This document shows, in pieces, positions 25,409-36,700 of a DNA stretch of 64,000 nt (positions are counted from its first letter, which is position 1; each line of letters begins with the position of its first letter). The translations under genes and the position numbers were made by a program. Source of the stretch: Raillietiella orientalis (lineage: Eukaryota); NCBI GenBank assembly GCA_036172245.1, contig JAYWIR010000007.1:310001-374000 (forward strand), in the 5' to 3' direction. Under the pieces are notes generated by a model. It did no database searches. It saw nothing but the letters and a program-made list of their open reading frames with translations, and was not told the DNA's origin.

Positions 25409-25730
25409 TGCAGTCTCAACAAACGATAGGAACAGATAGAGCCATCGACACGAGCCCAGACAAGCGACGAGCACCAAGTTTCACCGTTGCTATGCGCTTT
25501 CTTGCTTCAGGCGGCGCGCAAGCACCCGTGGGCCTCTTTGCTGCAGAGCTTCCCTCCTTAAGGTAGAGAGTAATGGTGCAAATGCCTACTGGTGCAAGCT
25601 CCTGGAGATTCCCTCGGAAGATCTCTAGCTGCTCACGTCAATTACGGACCGTCTCACCCTGTCCCTGTAGTGATGGAATCAGAGCTGTTGATGTTGCATT
25701 GGGGTCTCCCACGCCATGTTCGTCGACGTC
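25409..25730 (+). mobile_element. Old L1/Tx1 RT remnant, 3' continuation of 21520-22163
   Basis: EPRQA (GvRQG), PSFTVAMRFLA (PlLF..amE.La), GLFAAEL (FADDl), AHVNYGPS (vN..Ks) and VALGSP (YLG.p), in order. Confidence 0.5.
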
Positions 25731-25734
25731 ACTG

Positions 25735-27110
25735 CCGCCAGGTGATGCCAGGGCAAGGCTTCTTTCTTTCTTTCTCAAGTTTGAAGAATAAACAAGCAAT
25801 GTGGAACAGAATTTCTACGAGGGCATCAAAGGAACCCCCCCCCCCCCCCCAAAAAAAAATAAACAACAGCAACAACAACAACAACAACAACAACTAGGTG
25901 GTTGGCTACATAGAAAGGCAGGAGAGGGGCAATAAATAAGTAAATAAAGAAGAAAGCGAGGGGAATGGTTACCGGCTACACCTGCCGCGTCTTCTGCAGT
26001 CTGCGTGCGATGCAGGAGGAGTCCTTCTTCACTTGATATTGCAGATGAGATCATTCCGCCGCATCCTTCATCGTTGAGGAGGCGAGAATGTGGCCTTCGG
26101 TCCTTGCTGCGCGCCTCTTGCGTGTTCCGGGATGCCATGATCCTCCTGACGCAGTACAGGATTGGACGATTGGGAGGAGCAGGCGAAAGCCCGTCACGCG
26201 TGGAACAACGCTGCAGAAGCTCCTTGAAGATGTTTTCAGGGCGAAGCAGGACAGCCACGAGGCGGCTTCAAACTCTCCGAAGGGCATCTCCTCGCAGATG
26301 GCGCAGTTCGGGGAGGCGCCCCTCCTCGTCCAGCAGCGCCGGCGCTGGTTGGATGGGAAGCCCCAGTGCACGACCAGAAAAAGATTTTTGCTGCCTCCAT
26401 CTGGAGGATAGCAAGAAGCTGTCCAGATAAGGAGAGGGGATCACAATGCCGAGGGCAGAATGTCCAGGTATTCTGTCCCTTAGCGCTTAGACCACTGGAT
26501 GTCGCCGTGTCAGCCAACCGGCCCGTATTCCACTGACCCACCGGTTTCGTCACTGCGTCTATGGAGTGCGAGATCATCCACTCTATCAGCTGTCAACTGT
26601 CGTGTCTTTCTCTTAGGGAGGACAATGCTGCAGCTAGAAAGGTGGCGATGGCCCCAGCCAAAATCCTTCAGCCCTGTCTCCCTTCCTCCAAGGAGACTGC
26701 TCCCAGGGACGTATCGGGTTTGCGTCAGTGCGAGTCCAGGTGCCTACTGCCGGCCGCCGCGTAGCGTTGTATTTTGCGCGGAGGAAGAACATCCACTGGC
26801 ATTCTCCCCACAAGGCGGTGCGATGTGCCTTAATGGAGACAACCCAAACGACTTCGTCCTGTCTCCATTGCGAGGCACCGGCGCCATCCCCTCGCAACCG
26901 GCCGAATACCTGAGGGTGTTCTCTCGCTGGAAGGCACCAATTCTGCATCCAATTTTAGGTCAATTTTAGACCTTCGTTTTCAGGAGGATCTGTTTCTCCA
27001 TATTCTTCAGGGAGAGCAGCATCCCTCTGTAAAGAAAACAGGTCTGTCGGACGCTTCTCACGGTCTTGCGGTGCCCTGTGGTGCTTTCTAGTATCAGACA
27101 GGCAGTCTTG
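25735..27110 (-). mobile_element. Diverged 3' fragment of the same Tx1/L1 group
   Basis: LLSLKNMEKQILLKT, QNWCLPARE, FLVVHWGFPSNQRRRCWTRRGASPNCAICEE and ILYCVRRIMASRN parallel the young ORF (SWCEPARR; FLVLHWRLLSNACRSHWTRGAVDPNCVRCGE; LCCLRGIVAAWS). A terminal-motif variant lies at ~25736-25754, and an (AAC)8 at 25871-25894 falls in the 3' UTR. Confidence 0.75.
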
Positions 27111-29049
27111 CGCTCTCCGCGACTGGAGGCAGGGTCAGTGGTTGCTTGAGGAACGATACAGTGGTCCTCGGAGGGTAAGTCGTGGCCTTCCATGTCCGCT
27201 CGGCTGCGCGGGGCGCCTCCGGACCGCCTCTGGTGCTTTTCCTCCAGGCCGACCCCGGTCCCCCGACGCCACTGATCCTCCCCCTGCCCGCGCTCCAGGG
27301 AGAAGGGAAATGGACAGGGAAGCAAATTTGTGGGTCCAGAGGAAGGAAGGGATCGTCGCTTCTCTTCTTCTGACGGGAGCGAGAGTCCAGATGGTTTCGC
27401 TCCGTGGAGGAGCTGCGGCGGCCACCGCCCGCGGGAGTGCCAGTCGACCGCCTCATCTCGCGACCTGTGGGGAGGGGGGGGCTTCTCTCCTTCCCGACGC
27501 TTTGGCACAGCTCCACGGACTTTTTCCTGTTTTCTCCTCCCCCGCCTTCTTCCTGCTCTCTCCCTTCGCCTTCCTTGTCAACCATCACCCGGAGCTGCAC
27601 GCCCGCCCTCGCGCCTCTTCGTCCCGAGGGAGCGAACGGGATAGCTAAGGCGCTCTCCAAAGTCCTCCCTTCCGGGACTCCGCACGGGCTCTTCCTACCA
27701 CGGGGGACGAACGGAGCGGCGGCTGTGCTCCCGCTCGTCTTCACCAACTTTCGCTGCTCACCGGGAGCAGCGCGCTCTACCGCGGCCCGTCTTGCGTCCC
27801 CGGTGAGCCCTCTGATCGTCCGCCTCCCCCTCACACTGAAGACCACAGCATCCGGGTCTCCTTCTTCCTCTATTGCAGCTCCCGACCGCCCCCTCGATCT
27901 CCCTCCCGACCCGGTCCACCCTGTAGCTTGCGTGGAGCTTCTCCCTTTCCCCTTCTCCTACGACCTCCCTCCCCCTCCGCCGCGGAGGCTCCCGGCTCCC
28001 GGAGCTGCGTCGACTTTCGAACGGCAGGGGAGAGCCTGCGCAGGCGCCGGCCGCAGAGAGCCGGGAGCTTACAGGAGGCCTCCCTGCGCGCGCCCAGCGA
28101 GCTGCTCCCTGTGCGGTCTCGCGGGCGGTTGGGCCGAGGCAGAGCGGCGGCTGAGACGACGAGCGAGGCGAGGGTCACCGAGGCAGAAGAAGACGACGGC
28201 GACGGCGACGACGACGACGAAGAGGACGTGTGGCCGCCGAAGAGCATCCCCTCCAGGGATTCAGGGATGCCCGCGTCGGGTGCCGCACCTCCTCGCGGCA
28301 CCTGAACTCCTCTCCTGTGGACGACGGCGGCGACGCGACGCCGTCCCGCGATGAGTGGGTCCTCCCCATGCTGAGTGAAGTGGCCGATGAACGGTCCCCC
28401 CCCTCCATCTCGCCTCCCCGGGTCCGGCCCTCCCTGCCCCCCAAAAGGCCGCCGCCGCCCTCACGCGCCGGGAACTCGGGCCGCGAGGACGAAGACGTGG
28501 CGGCGGCTGGAGAGCTGCTGCTGCGCAGAGGCTCCGAGGCGCGCACGACGCCCAACTCCTCCGACAGGGAGGCGGTGGCGGCGGCGGTGGCGTACAAGGA
28601 CGACCTCCCCCGAGGCTCCTCCCGGAGCTCGAAGAGCAGGGAGCAAGGCGTGCCCAAAGGGAACGCAGCGGCGGGAGGCAAGGAGGAAGACGCCGTCGGC
28701 CACGAGCGTCCGCCATCGGAAATGGCAAGTCCTCTTTTTTTTTTTCTCTTTTTCTGCCGTTCTTCAAAGCGAGCGGAAGACGGGTCCGTTGTCTCTCCTC
28801 CCCTCAAAACCCTCCTTTCACTTCCGTGAAGCGCGCGCGCATGTGCCGGGGCGGCATGCCACCAAAGGACACGGAACGGACGGGGTCGCCAAGACGCGAG
28901 CGGAAAGCCAGAAGTTCGTCTTCTTCCCCTCGTCTGCACCACCGAAGGGCGGGGAGGGGAAGGGGGGCGTATTCATCGGCGTCGTTCGCGGCTTGCACCA
29001 CCACCCGTCCATCCAGGCGGCTAGGGCTGTCGCCTCAGAGAGCCTTCTC

Positions 29050-29430
29050 TTTCGACGTCGCAGGAGTCGCACTTTGCCCCCCCACCCCCCGTTCTTCCGA
29101 CGGTTATCCCAAGACGAGGACGTCGGGATTTCGTAACGGAAAAGCACGGTGCTCTTGTCGAGCGTATCCGCCATCGCTGCTTGATTTACGGTGGTCGGTG
29201 CGGTCGCGCTCCACGCAGCAGCGCCGTCCGCAAACTGACCGCACCTTTGCGAGCCTTTCTGAGCGCTGCTGGCCAGCGGGCAGCACGCGCGAAAGCCGCT
29301 GTGCTCATTCGAGTGGCGGTAGTGCCCAATCCCATCTCATGCCACGAGGAAGGTCGTGGCCACACGCGCCGGTGGCTCCTCGACGTGCGGAATCGCAGCG
29401 ACCCGTGCCGCGAATTTGGCCGCCGACTTG
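29050..29430 (+). mobile_element. Possible degraded LINE ORF1 remnant
   Basis: GFRNGKARCSCRAYPPSLL and SERCWPAGSTRESRC resemble the G..tG...iP segment and a decayed CCHC knuckle of Tx1 ORF1. Confidence 0.3.
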
Positions 29431-29883
29431 AATCCTCACCCGGGTGCGCCAGAGCCCTTATCAGATAGAAGTAAACATTCACATGTTCCGTGATGGGAAC
29501 GGTGGTTCAACCACACGTTTCAAATAGGGTCGGATTCCGGGTTGCCAGTACGCCGACTGGTGAGTTTCGCCTCGGCAGCAGAGGGGAAGGGCCAACAAAA
29601 AGAAAAGGAACGAAAATAAAAATAGATAAATAAATTTGGGGGGGTGCAAGTTCTGCTGGGGGCGGTCCCCTGCATCTTTTTGAGGATGTTGACGAGCTCT
29701 TGCTGCATACTGTCCGGGTGGGAACCTATCTTGTTGCCGTCCCCATGAAGCGGCTGGCATCCCTGTCGCCCTGTGCCCCTCTTGCATCGCTCCATGCCGC
29801 TGCAATCCCCACTCAGGCAGCAGAGAGCTGCTGGTGAGGCTGCTGGCCTGAGGGCGTCGCGCATGAAGAGGGATCTTGCAGCG
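29431..29883 (-). mobile_element. 5'-truncated Tx1/L1 insertion (~450 bp) with a 13-bp TSD
   Basis: RSLFMRDALRPAASPAALCCL and QELVNILKKMQGTAPSR match the young ORF C-terminus. The flanks GGCCGCCGACTTG (29418-29430) and GGCTGCCGACTTG (29884-29896) differ at one base. Confidence 0.8.
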
Positions 29884-30794
29884 GGCTGCCGACTTGGGAG
29901 CTCGAAGGCACGTGCTGAGAACCCGGCGGAACGAAAATGGCGCTCGAGCGAACAGGAAGCGTTCCCTGTTCTCCTTTTCCCTGGCACGTACATAGGGGAA
30001 GCACAGTTTCCGGCACCGACATTCTCTTTACCACCAGCCCCTCGCATTCCCGGAGAGAAAGTTTTCATTTGTCCTGCCCATCATTTTAGGATTTCTTCTT
30101 CCGAAGGCACACCTTACCCCACTGCTCCTACATCGATCCAACGAACTTATTCGAAGATCTACTCTCGACCGATCTTGGAGCGACTTCTAACTGCATCCAG
30201 TCATGCGATTGATTCTGACTTTGCCTTCAGGAAAACGTTATCTTTGGACTCAACGACCAATTACCACATGTTGCCTCTTCATTAGCTCCCTTGCGCAAAT
30301 TCTGCTGATTCCGTTCACGGGGAAAGGGAAGAAGAGCATTAGAAGAAGAAGAAAAGGGGGGGGAGGACGGGGTGGGGAAACAGTCAAGTAAAGATCAATT
30401 TCCAGGCTTTTAAATTCAGCTCAGCTCATTTTCCTCAGAAAGCGCAGGGGGCTCTTCAAGAGAGGGGAGGGCGGGAAATTTGCTGGCTTAACGCAAAGGA
30501 AAGCGAAGCGGAAGCAGCTCCCGGTCGGCTCCATTTGCTGGACTTTCCCCCAAATCCCGCTCTACCCGCGCACGGCGACCTGGGGTCACCGCGCAAGCGA
30601 TGATCGGAAGCCTCGGGAGTGCCTCTGAGCAACCGCAATGAGATCTCCCCGTCGACGAAGCCCCCTACGGCGAGGGGGCAACGGGTCGGAAGATGAGGGG
30701 AGAGGGGAGGAGAGGGAGAGGGACGCACCCTCACAAAGTTCTCATCGATCACGACGGTGCAGACACATTTGTGACGCAGTCATTCTCATTTCAT

Positions 30795-33700
30795 ATGTTG
30801 GTGAATGTTCAATGTGCAGCCTCCCCAGCGAACCCCCCCAAAAACATGCCATACTTACTGTTCCTTCTTCCAGCTTACTGACTTGCACGTGTACATTGTA
30901 CCTGTTGATCACTGGAGCACATCAAGAAGACTTGTGAATAATAAAGTATTAGCTTTCACCATATCTGCAGGATTCATAAGGCAAGTGGCTGAGGAAACAT
31001 GCATCTTATCCGTAACGGCGATAATTATATACCAGTATCACGTACCGTGTTGCTCTTCCCTCTGTGAGCTGGTTAGTCCGTTCCTGTTCAGCTCAGCTCG
31101 GGCAGTTTCCTAGGTATCGTGCCTCCTACGGGAGGAGAGGGAGAGAGAGAGAGAGAGAAAGAAGCCGGGAAGCACAGCTTTTTTTTTTTTTTTTTTCCGC
31201 TTTTTGTTTTCCTTTTGAAAACGTCCGGATGAAACGTTTTTCAAGGTTAAGAAACGGATGCACGGAGTCGTCATCACCGGTCACCACCTTCCCCCACCGG
31301 GGGTGGAGGGGAAGGGTGGGGGCAAAGTGCCGGTGCCCTCCTCGTGACCCCACTTTTGCTCCTATGCAGTTCAGAATGCTTGTTCGTAGAGGCTGGACTC
31401 TTCCAGACTTCTCGTGCTTGCAGCCTACCCCTCAGGAATTCTCACCGGGAGCGTTGCCTGGCAAGATGGATGCGGCGTATCGCGCTGGTTTCATGAATTG
31501 CGTCACGCATCCGTAAAGCGATCGCTGAGAGTTGTGCTCCTTACGGCATTCCTTGACTTCGGCATCCTCTTAGGCGGTTTGCTTCTTCCCATCTGACACG
31601 AGCAAAGGCTGCACCTCGGTCGCCGTTGACCTTGCCCCCCGTCTGTCGCTTCGACAGGAAAATTTTGAAGGATGTGCCACCGGAAGCAGTCGAGTTGCGC
31701 GGGAAGTCTGTCACCGTCACCCACGTCGAATCTCCCCCTACCGGCAGGCTCTGGGATACAAAAAAAGACAACTTTGCGCCGCACTCCTGTGGCTCTTGTC
31801 TTAAGACTCCAGAAGCATTTTCCGAATGAGGCACGTGAGGATGAATCCCCACCGTCGTACGTGAATGCAGCTGTGAGCGGGCGAGGGGGAAGCAACGAGG
31901 ACGTGTTCGTTCGCCTGTTCGTTTCTTTCGGATGCTGCTCTGAGAGGATCCGTTTTGAATCCGAGCCGATTCGCAGGTTTCGTCGCGTGCCCTCGACAGT
32001 GCAGTTGGCTCCCTTGGAAAAGTATTGCCAGCTGGCACTCCCCGTCGTCACCTTTGGCGCCTTCGCAGCTGCACTGCTAGTGTATTTGGTTTTCATCGTT
32101 ACCGATGCCTCGGAGACGAACGGAACGCTCCGAGTGAGCGTGGGAACGCCTTGGTCTTTCTTTCTGACCTCGGAATCGCGTCCTCTCGTGACGGAAAGGG
32201 GCTGTTCAGCTTGCGCAAGTTAAACGAGCCGGTTCTGGTGAGCGACGGGTCGTCTTGCGGGGAGGAACAGTGCGTCCCTCGCGCACTCGCAGATCTCTCC
32301 GTGACGAGCACTCTGCTCTTCCGTTCTTCGTGATGTTAGCGATCTCTTCCCTTCCTCCAGGAGCAGCTGCTCACCTTCCTAGGGTCCTCACCGCCCACTT
32401 CTGCAGGCTGTGAGAACTTTTCGGCAGGTCCTTCCTTCCTTTGCCGGAGATCAGGCTTTCGTCCCGCCTTCTCAGAGACCATCTTCCGAGAGGGATGTGC
32501 AGCCCTGCACGTGCCACCCTTTCCTGAAGCGCGTGTACCTTCGCCTGCGATTTTTTTCTTTTCTTTGGTCGCCCCTTGCCTTTGCCTCCTTGGGCTGTGA
32601 GGAAGCGCGGAGGATCCCACCCCTCCTCCGCACGCCTGTCCCTCTTTTCTCCTGTGAGGAACTGGGCGTCGCATCTGTTGCACGAGTCGGACAAGCAAGA
32701 CGAAGCCTCAGGCACATGCAGGGAAGGGAGGGGGGGAGAGGAGTTGCCGAGCTGGAGGGGAGAGCAGTCCCGCATCCGCGCACCTGTTGCGTGGGAGTGG
32801 GTTCCCGGAAAGCACTTCGAAGTTCGCCATCGAACAGAACGGGGAAAGGCTCTTTCCCGGGCCTTCTCGTCTGGAGCCGAAGCAGGGAACGGAACCCAGC
32901 CATCTCTTTATGCCGGGTTTCAGGGTTCGTGCCCACGGAAATCCGCTTCCTCTTTCAATCTCCTCTGCGCTTTCCGGTCCCTCCCTCCGGAGTTTTCCCG
33001 GGAACGTGTCGGGTGGCTCAAGAGCTAACGAAGAACACCCGCAGTTCCCCAGTCTCCATGCGGCTCCCCGTATCTCCTTTTGTTCTCCCGGTCTCTTCCC
33101 CGTTTTTTCTTTCTGAGGCTTGCCTTTCTCGGAAGTGGAGGTTCTTTGCAGGATGGGAGACTAGACGCTCCTCCACCCCCATTCCATAGGTGCGTTCTCG
33201 ACGGTCTCTTCTAGCGGGCCTGCTTCCTTTTCTTCACTAGTTCCGTCCTCCATTTTCTACTCTTTCTTCCGTTGTTGTCCCGGTCAACTCTTTTTCCTGG
33301 CCATACTGACCCTCCGAAGAAGGAGTAAGGGATTCTGAGTCGTTCCCGCATCTGCATCCGGCTGTTTACGCGCACCTCGCAGAAGATCGTGTGCCTTCCA
33401 GGTTTCCGGAAGGAGGGGAGCATCCGAGAGCTGCGAGGCACCTGCGTGGACCTCTGGTCGGACGAAACAGGAGACAATTCCAGTCCCGATCCCCGGTTTC
33501 TCCCAGTAATGGAACGAGGGAATTTTCTCATATCTTCCGGTACCTTCCCGAGCATGCTCTCTGCCTCCGAACTTCGACGTCAGGGGAGTCCCTGGGACTC
33601 CCCCTGATGCTCCGGGCGTACCGGCGGAACCACTTTTCTCGCAATTGGAAGATGGGGGTTCGCGTCCAGGAGGGTGACTTTCCGACTTTTCAGAGTTTTG

Positions 33701-36700
33701 CCCTGCGGCTCTCGCGTCCGAACGCTAAGATCGTTCCCGCTGCAACATTTTCCGAGCGCTTTCGCCGTTGTCCACATTCAGAGGAATGCGGTGGAGCTCC
33801 CTTAGAAGTTGTTTCCAGGTAGTCCTTCAGACGGGGACCCAACGTCCTCGTCTTTCCAAAGTGGAGCTCAAAGCATCAGAGATGCATCTTGAGCCCATCG
33901 TAACACGGATGGGACGAATCGCCGCAGGTGGTAGAAGACCACGTACGATCCATTCGGGGAGGACTGACCATTAGGACACACTCGTATGGGAAAATGGCGG
34001 TCGATGGACAGCGGTCCAGTGGACTCCTGGCCATCTTCTCGTCCATGAGTCAGCTCTGCCGAGACTACCTGGGTACACGGCGAAGAGATACGCTCAACCG
34101 TACGATTCGACTTCTTGTCCTCTTCTTCCTGGCCGGATTCCTCTGTCCTCTCTCTCAAGACAGAGGGATAATGTTGGACCGATCGTGCGATTTCCTTCGC
34201 GGCGGGAAAGAGATGCCCCGAGGATGGAAAGGATCCTACTGTTCTCGGACCCTGGGGGTATAGGAAGCAGACCTCACTATCTACTGATGAGCGACGTGGT
34301 GGTGCGGATGCTTCTCAGAAGCTTCTGAAAGCTCACCGAATGTTTCCCCTCTAGACCAAGGTGTTCTTTCCCGTCTTCTGTGTGTGTGCTCTTCCATTGG
34401 CCGCCTCCCGGCATCGCTGCTCGTCCTTTGGAAATGCGTGGACTTAACCTCAGCCGTTGCCTAAGCTGCTTAAAGCCCAGCGGCGCTCCCTCCCACCTCA
34501 GAGGAGCCAGGCATGACCGTGCCATGTTCAGACTTGTCCGACGAACTTTTACCGTTTTCGAATGAGCGCGGAGAGTTTTGTACATCCGAGGAGCATCCGA
34601 GTTTGGGGTGTTCGAGGAGGAGCTTCGTTTCCCACCAGGACTGCTCCTGCTGGACGCTGTCCGACCGAAAGCCTGCGTTACCCGCGCGCGCCAGGGGCGG
34701 CTCCAGCCCGACAGAGCGCCGTCCGCGCTCAGGTTTCCCGTTTGCAGTGTAGCGAGGGCAGGGATCGCCGCTACGAAGGGCCCGGAAGCATGCACTCAGG
34801 AAATTGGAGCTTCCTGTTCGACCTGGTGGAAACGAGCCGTCTGCTGGGCACGCAAAAGGGGAAAAATTAAAACAGGGAAACCGAGAGACTCCTAATGGGC
34901 TGGCGACCTGCGAAGCGTGGGCCGGTCGCGGCTTCGGATGGCGGCAGGAGACGCGGCGGCGCATTGCTGGCGCAGGCCCGATGCGGCGGAGGAAGACGGA
35001 CGTGACGGGGGAGAGGGGCAAGGTGTGTGTGTGTGTGGGGGGGGGGGAAATGAATATCCGCAACCCGACGCACGTGAATCCGACCTTTCGGTGGGAAAAG
35101 CCCCCGAGGCCCTTGTTACTGTTTGCTGGCAACAGGATACACCTCTCCGCGGTCCCGACATTCCACCCCTTTCTGCCGCCTTGCCGACCTGGAAGAAGCG
35201 CCCTCCTCCTTCCCTTCCTCGTTCCTGCCTCCGTCGACTCTCGCTGTTGTCATGGAGAAGCGACGCCGCTGATTCAAAGTACAGCTCCGGAGGAGGAGGG
35301 CATCCTACGATGCGAAAAATTCCGTGAGGGGAAGCTCCTGCGAGTTCGGGAAAGAGCGCCGAGCCGTTCGCCCGAAACTGATCATTAGAGGGAGCTGGAA
35401 TAACCGCTTCCCCTCCCCCTCCTCTCTCTCTCTCCCCCCCCCTCAACCCTCCCCGTTGCCCAGAAACCCGGCCTCTAGGCGGCGTGCAGTCGCGTTGCGA
35501 TCGGATCCAGAACCGCCGAAAACCCAGGACGTCGATGATTGCCGCAGCCGAACGTGACATCCGCAGGAGAGAAGGGGGAGATGGGGTAGGTGCGTGCGTG
35601 CGTGCGTGCGTGCGCCGACTTTGCACGTGACGACGCCTTCTGCGACGACTGGCGTGATTTTCCCCTCGGTCCTTGTTCTCTTTTCTGTTTTTTTTTTCTT
35701 CCCTTTCGCGCGTGCGCGCGTTTTTTGTTTTCATTGACCAGAGAGGAGGTCGACTACGCGGCGCGAAGCCGACCTCGTCGTCCTCGTCGACGTCAACAAA
35801 GCACTTCCTTCCTCCAGGGGGCGCGCGGGGGGGGGGGAACAAAGCGGCATTTTGCGCGCGCAAGGCATTCATTCATTGTTGCTGGCTTGTTCCCACCCCC
35901 CTCCCCTCCCCTCCTTTCCTTTAGTCATCATCATTGCCTTCCCCGCGTGCTCGATGCGTGCTCTGCGTCTCATCCAGCTCTCTGGGGGCCGCTGGAAGCG
36001 ACCCGGGATGCGTCGTCGTCATAGAACCGGGTGGAAACGAGGCGGCAATGGGGAGAGAAGGGTGGCCGCCGCTCGGGTGCGGCCGCCTTCGGCCGTCGAG
36101 TCTGCGCAAGGGTAACTTTCCGGTGACGGCGCCCCCCCCATCCTCGCGCGCGTTCTCGTCGGTGCGCGCGCACGCGGGCAGCGGCGAGGAGCGCTGAGCC
36201 CGCTGCTGGTTCTGGATGCTGCGCAGCCTCTCCCGTCGCCAGACAGTCTCCCACGCGACGGAATCGCCATCCGAGCCGGACAGACTTCCTCCTTCCAGGG
36301 AGGCGAGAATTCAGGGAGGGAGAAAGGCTGACAGCGGGTTCCTTTCCCGGGAGGAGGAATGGGCCGAAAGGAGGAGACCGCGGAAGGCTCTCCCTACTCT
36401 CTCTGTACGGCGGGGCGTGCTAGCGGAGGGCTAGGCTCCTCCTGGAAGGTGGGTGCTGCGCCCGATGGGTCGGATCCTGGATTCTGGCTCTTGTCTGGGC
36501 CGCCGTGCTCTCGGCCCAACCGATTCCCGGAAGGGGTCGTGAAACTCCCAGCGCGGGGAGGAGACGAGAAACAGCAGCTCTCGAGGGAGATGGAGGGGAA
36601 GGGAAGGGGGTGGGATGAAGAACTGAGTTTGAGACTGAGACTGCGTTTTGCCAGAATGACGACTCCCGCTCCTTTCCAGGGTGTTCCCTGATCTCCCGGT

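Noticed and set aside
31978..32133. Plus-strand exon encoding a transmembrane helix (LALPVVTFGAFAAALLVYLVFIV)
   Set aside because: It lies inside the SPATA1 intron and overlaps a hydrophilic minus-strand open frame, of which it may be the hydrophobic shadow. I could not link it to other exons, so the strand is unresolved.
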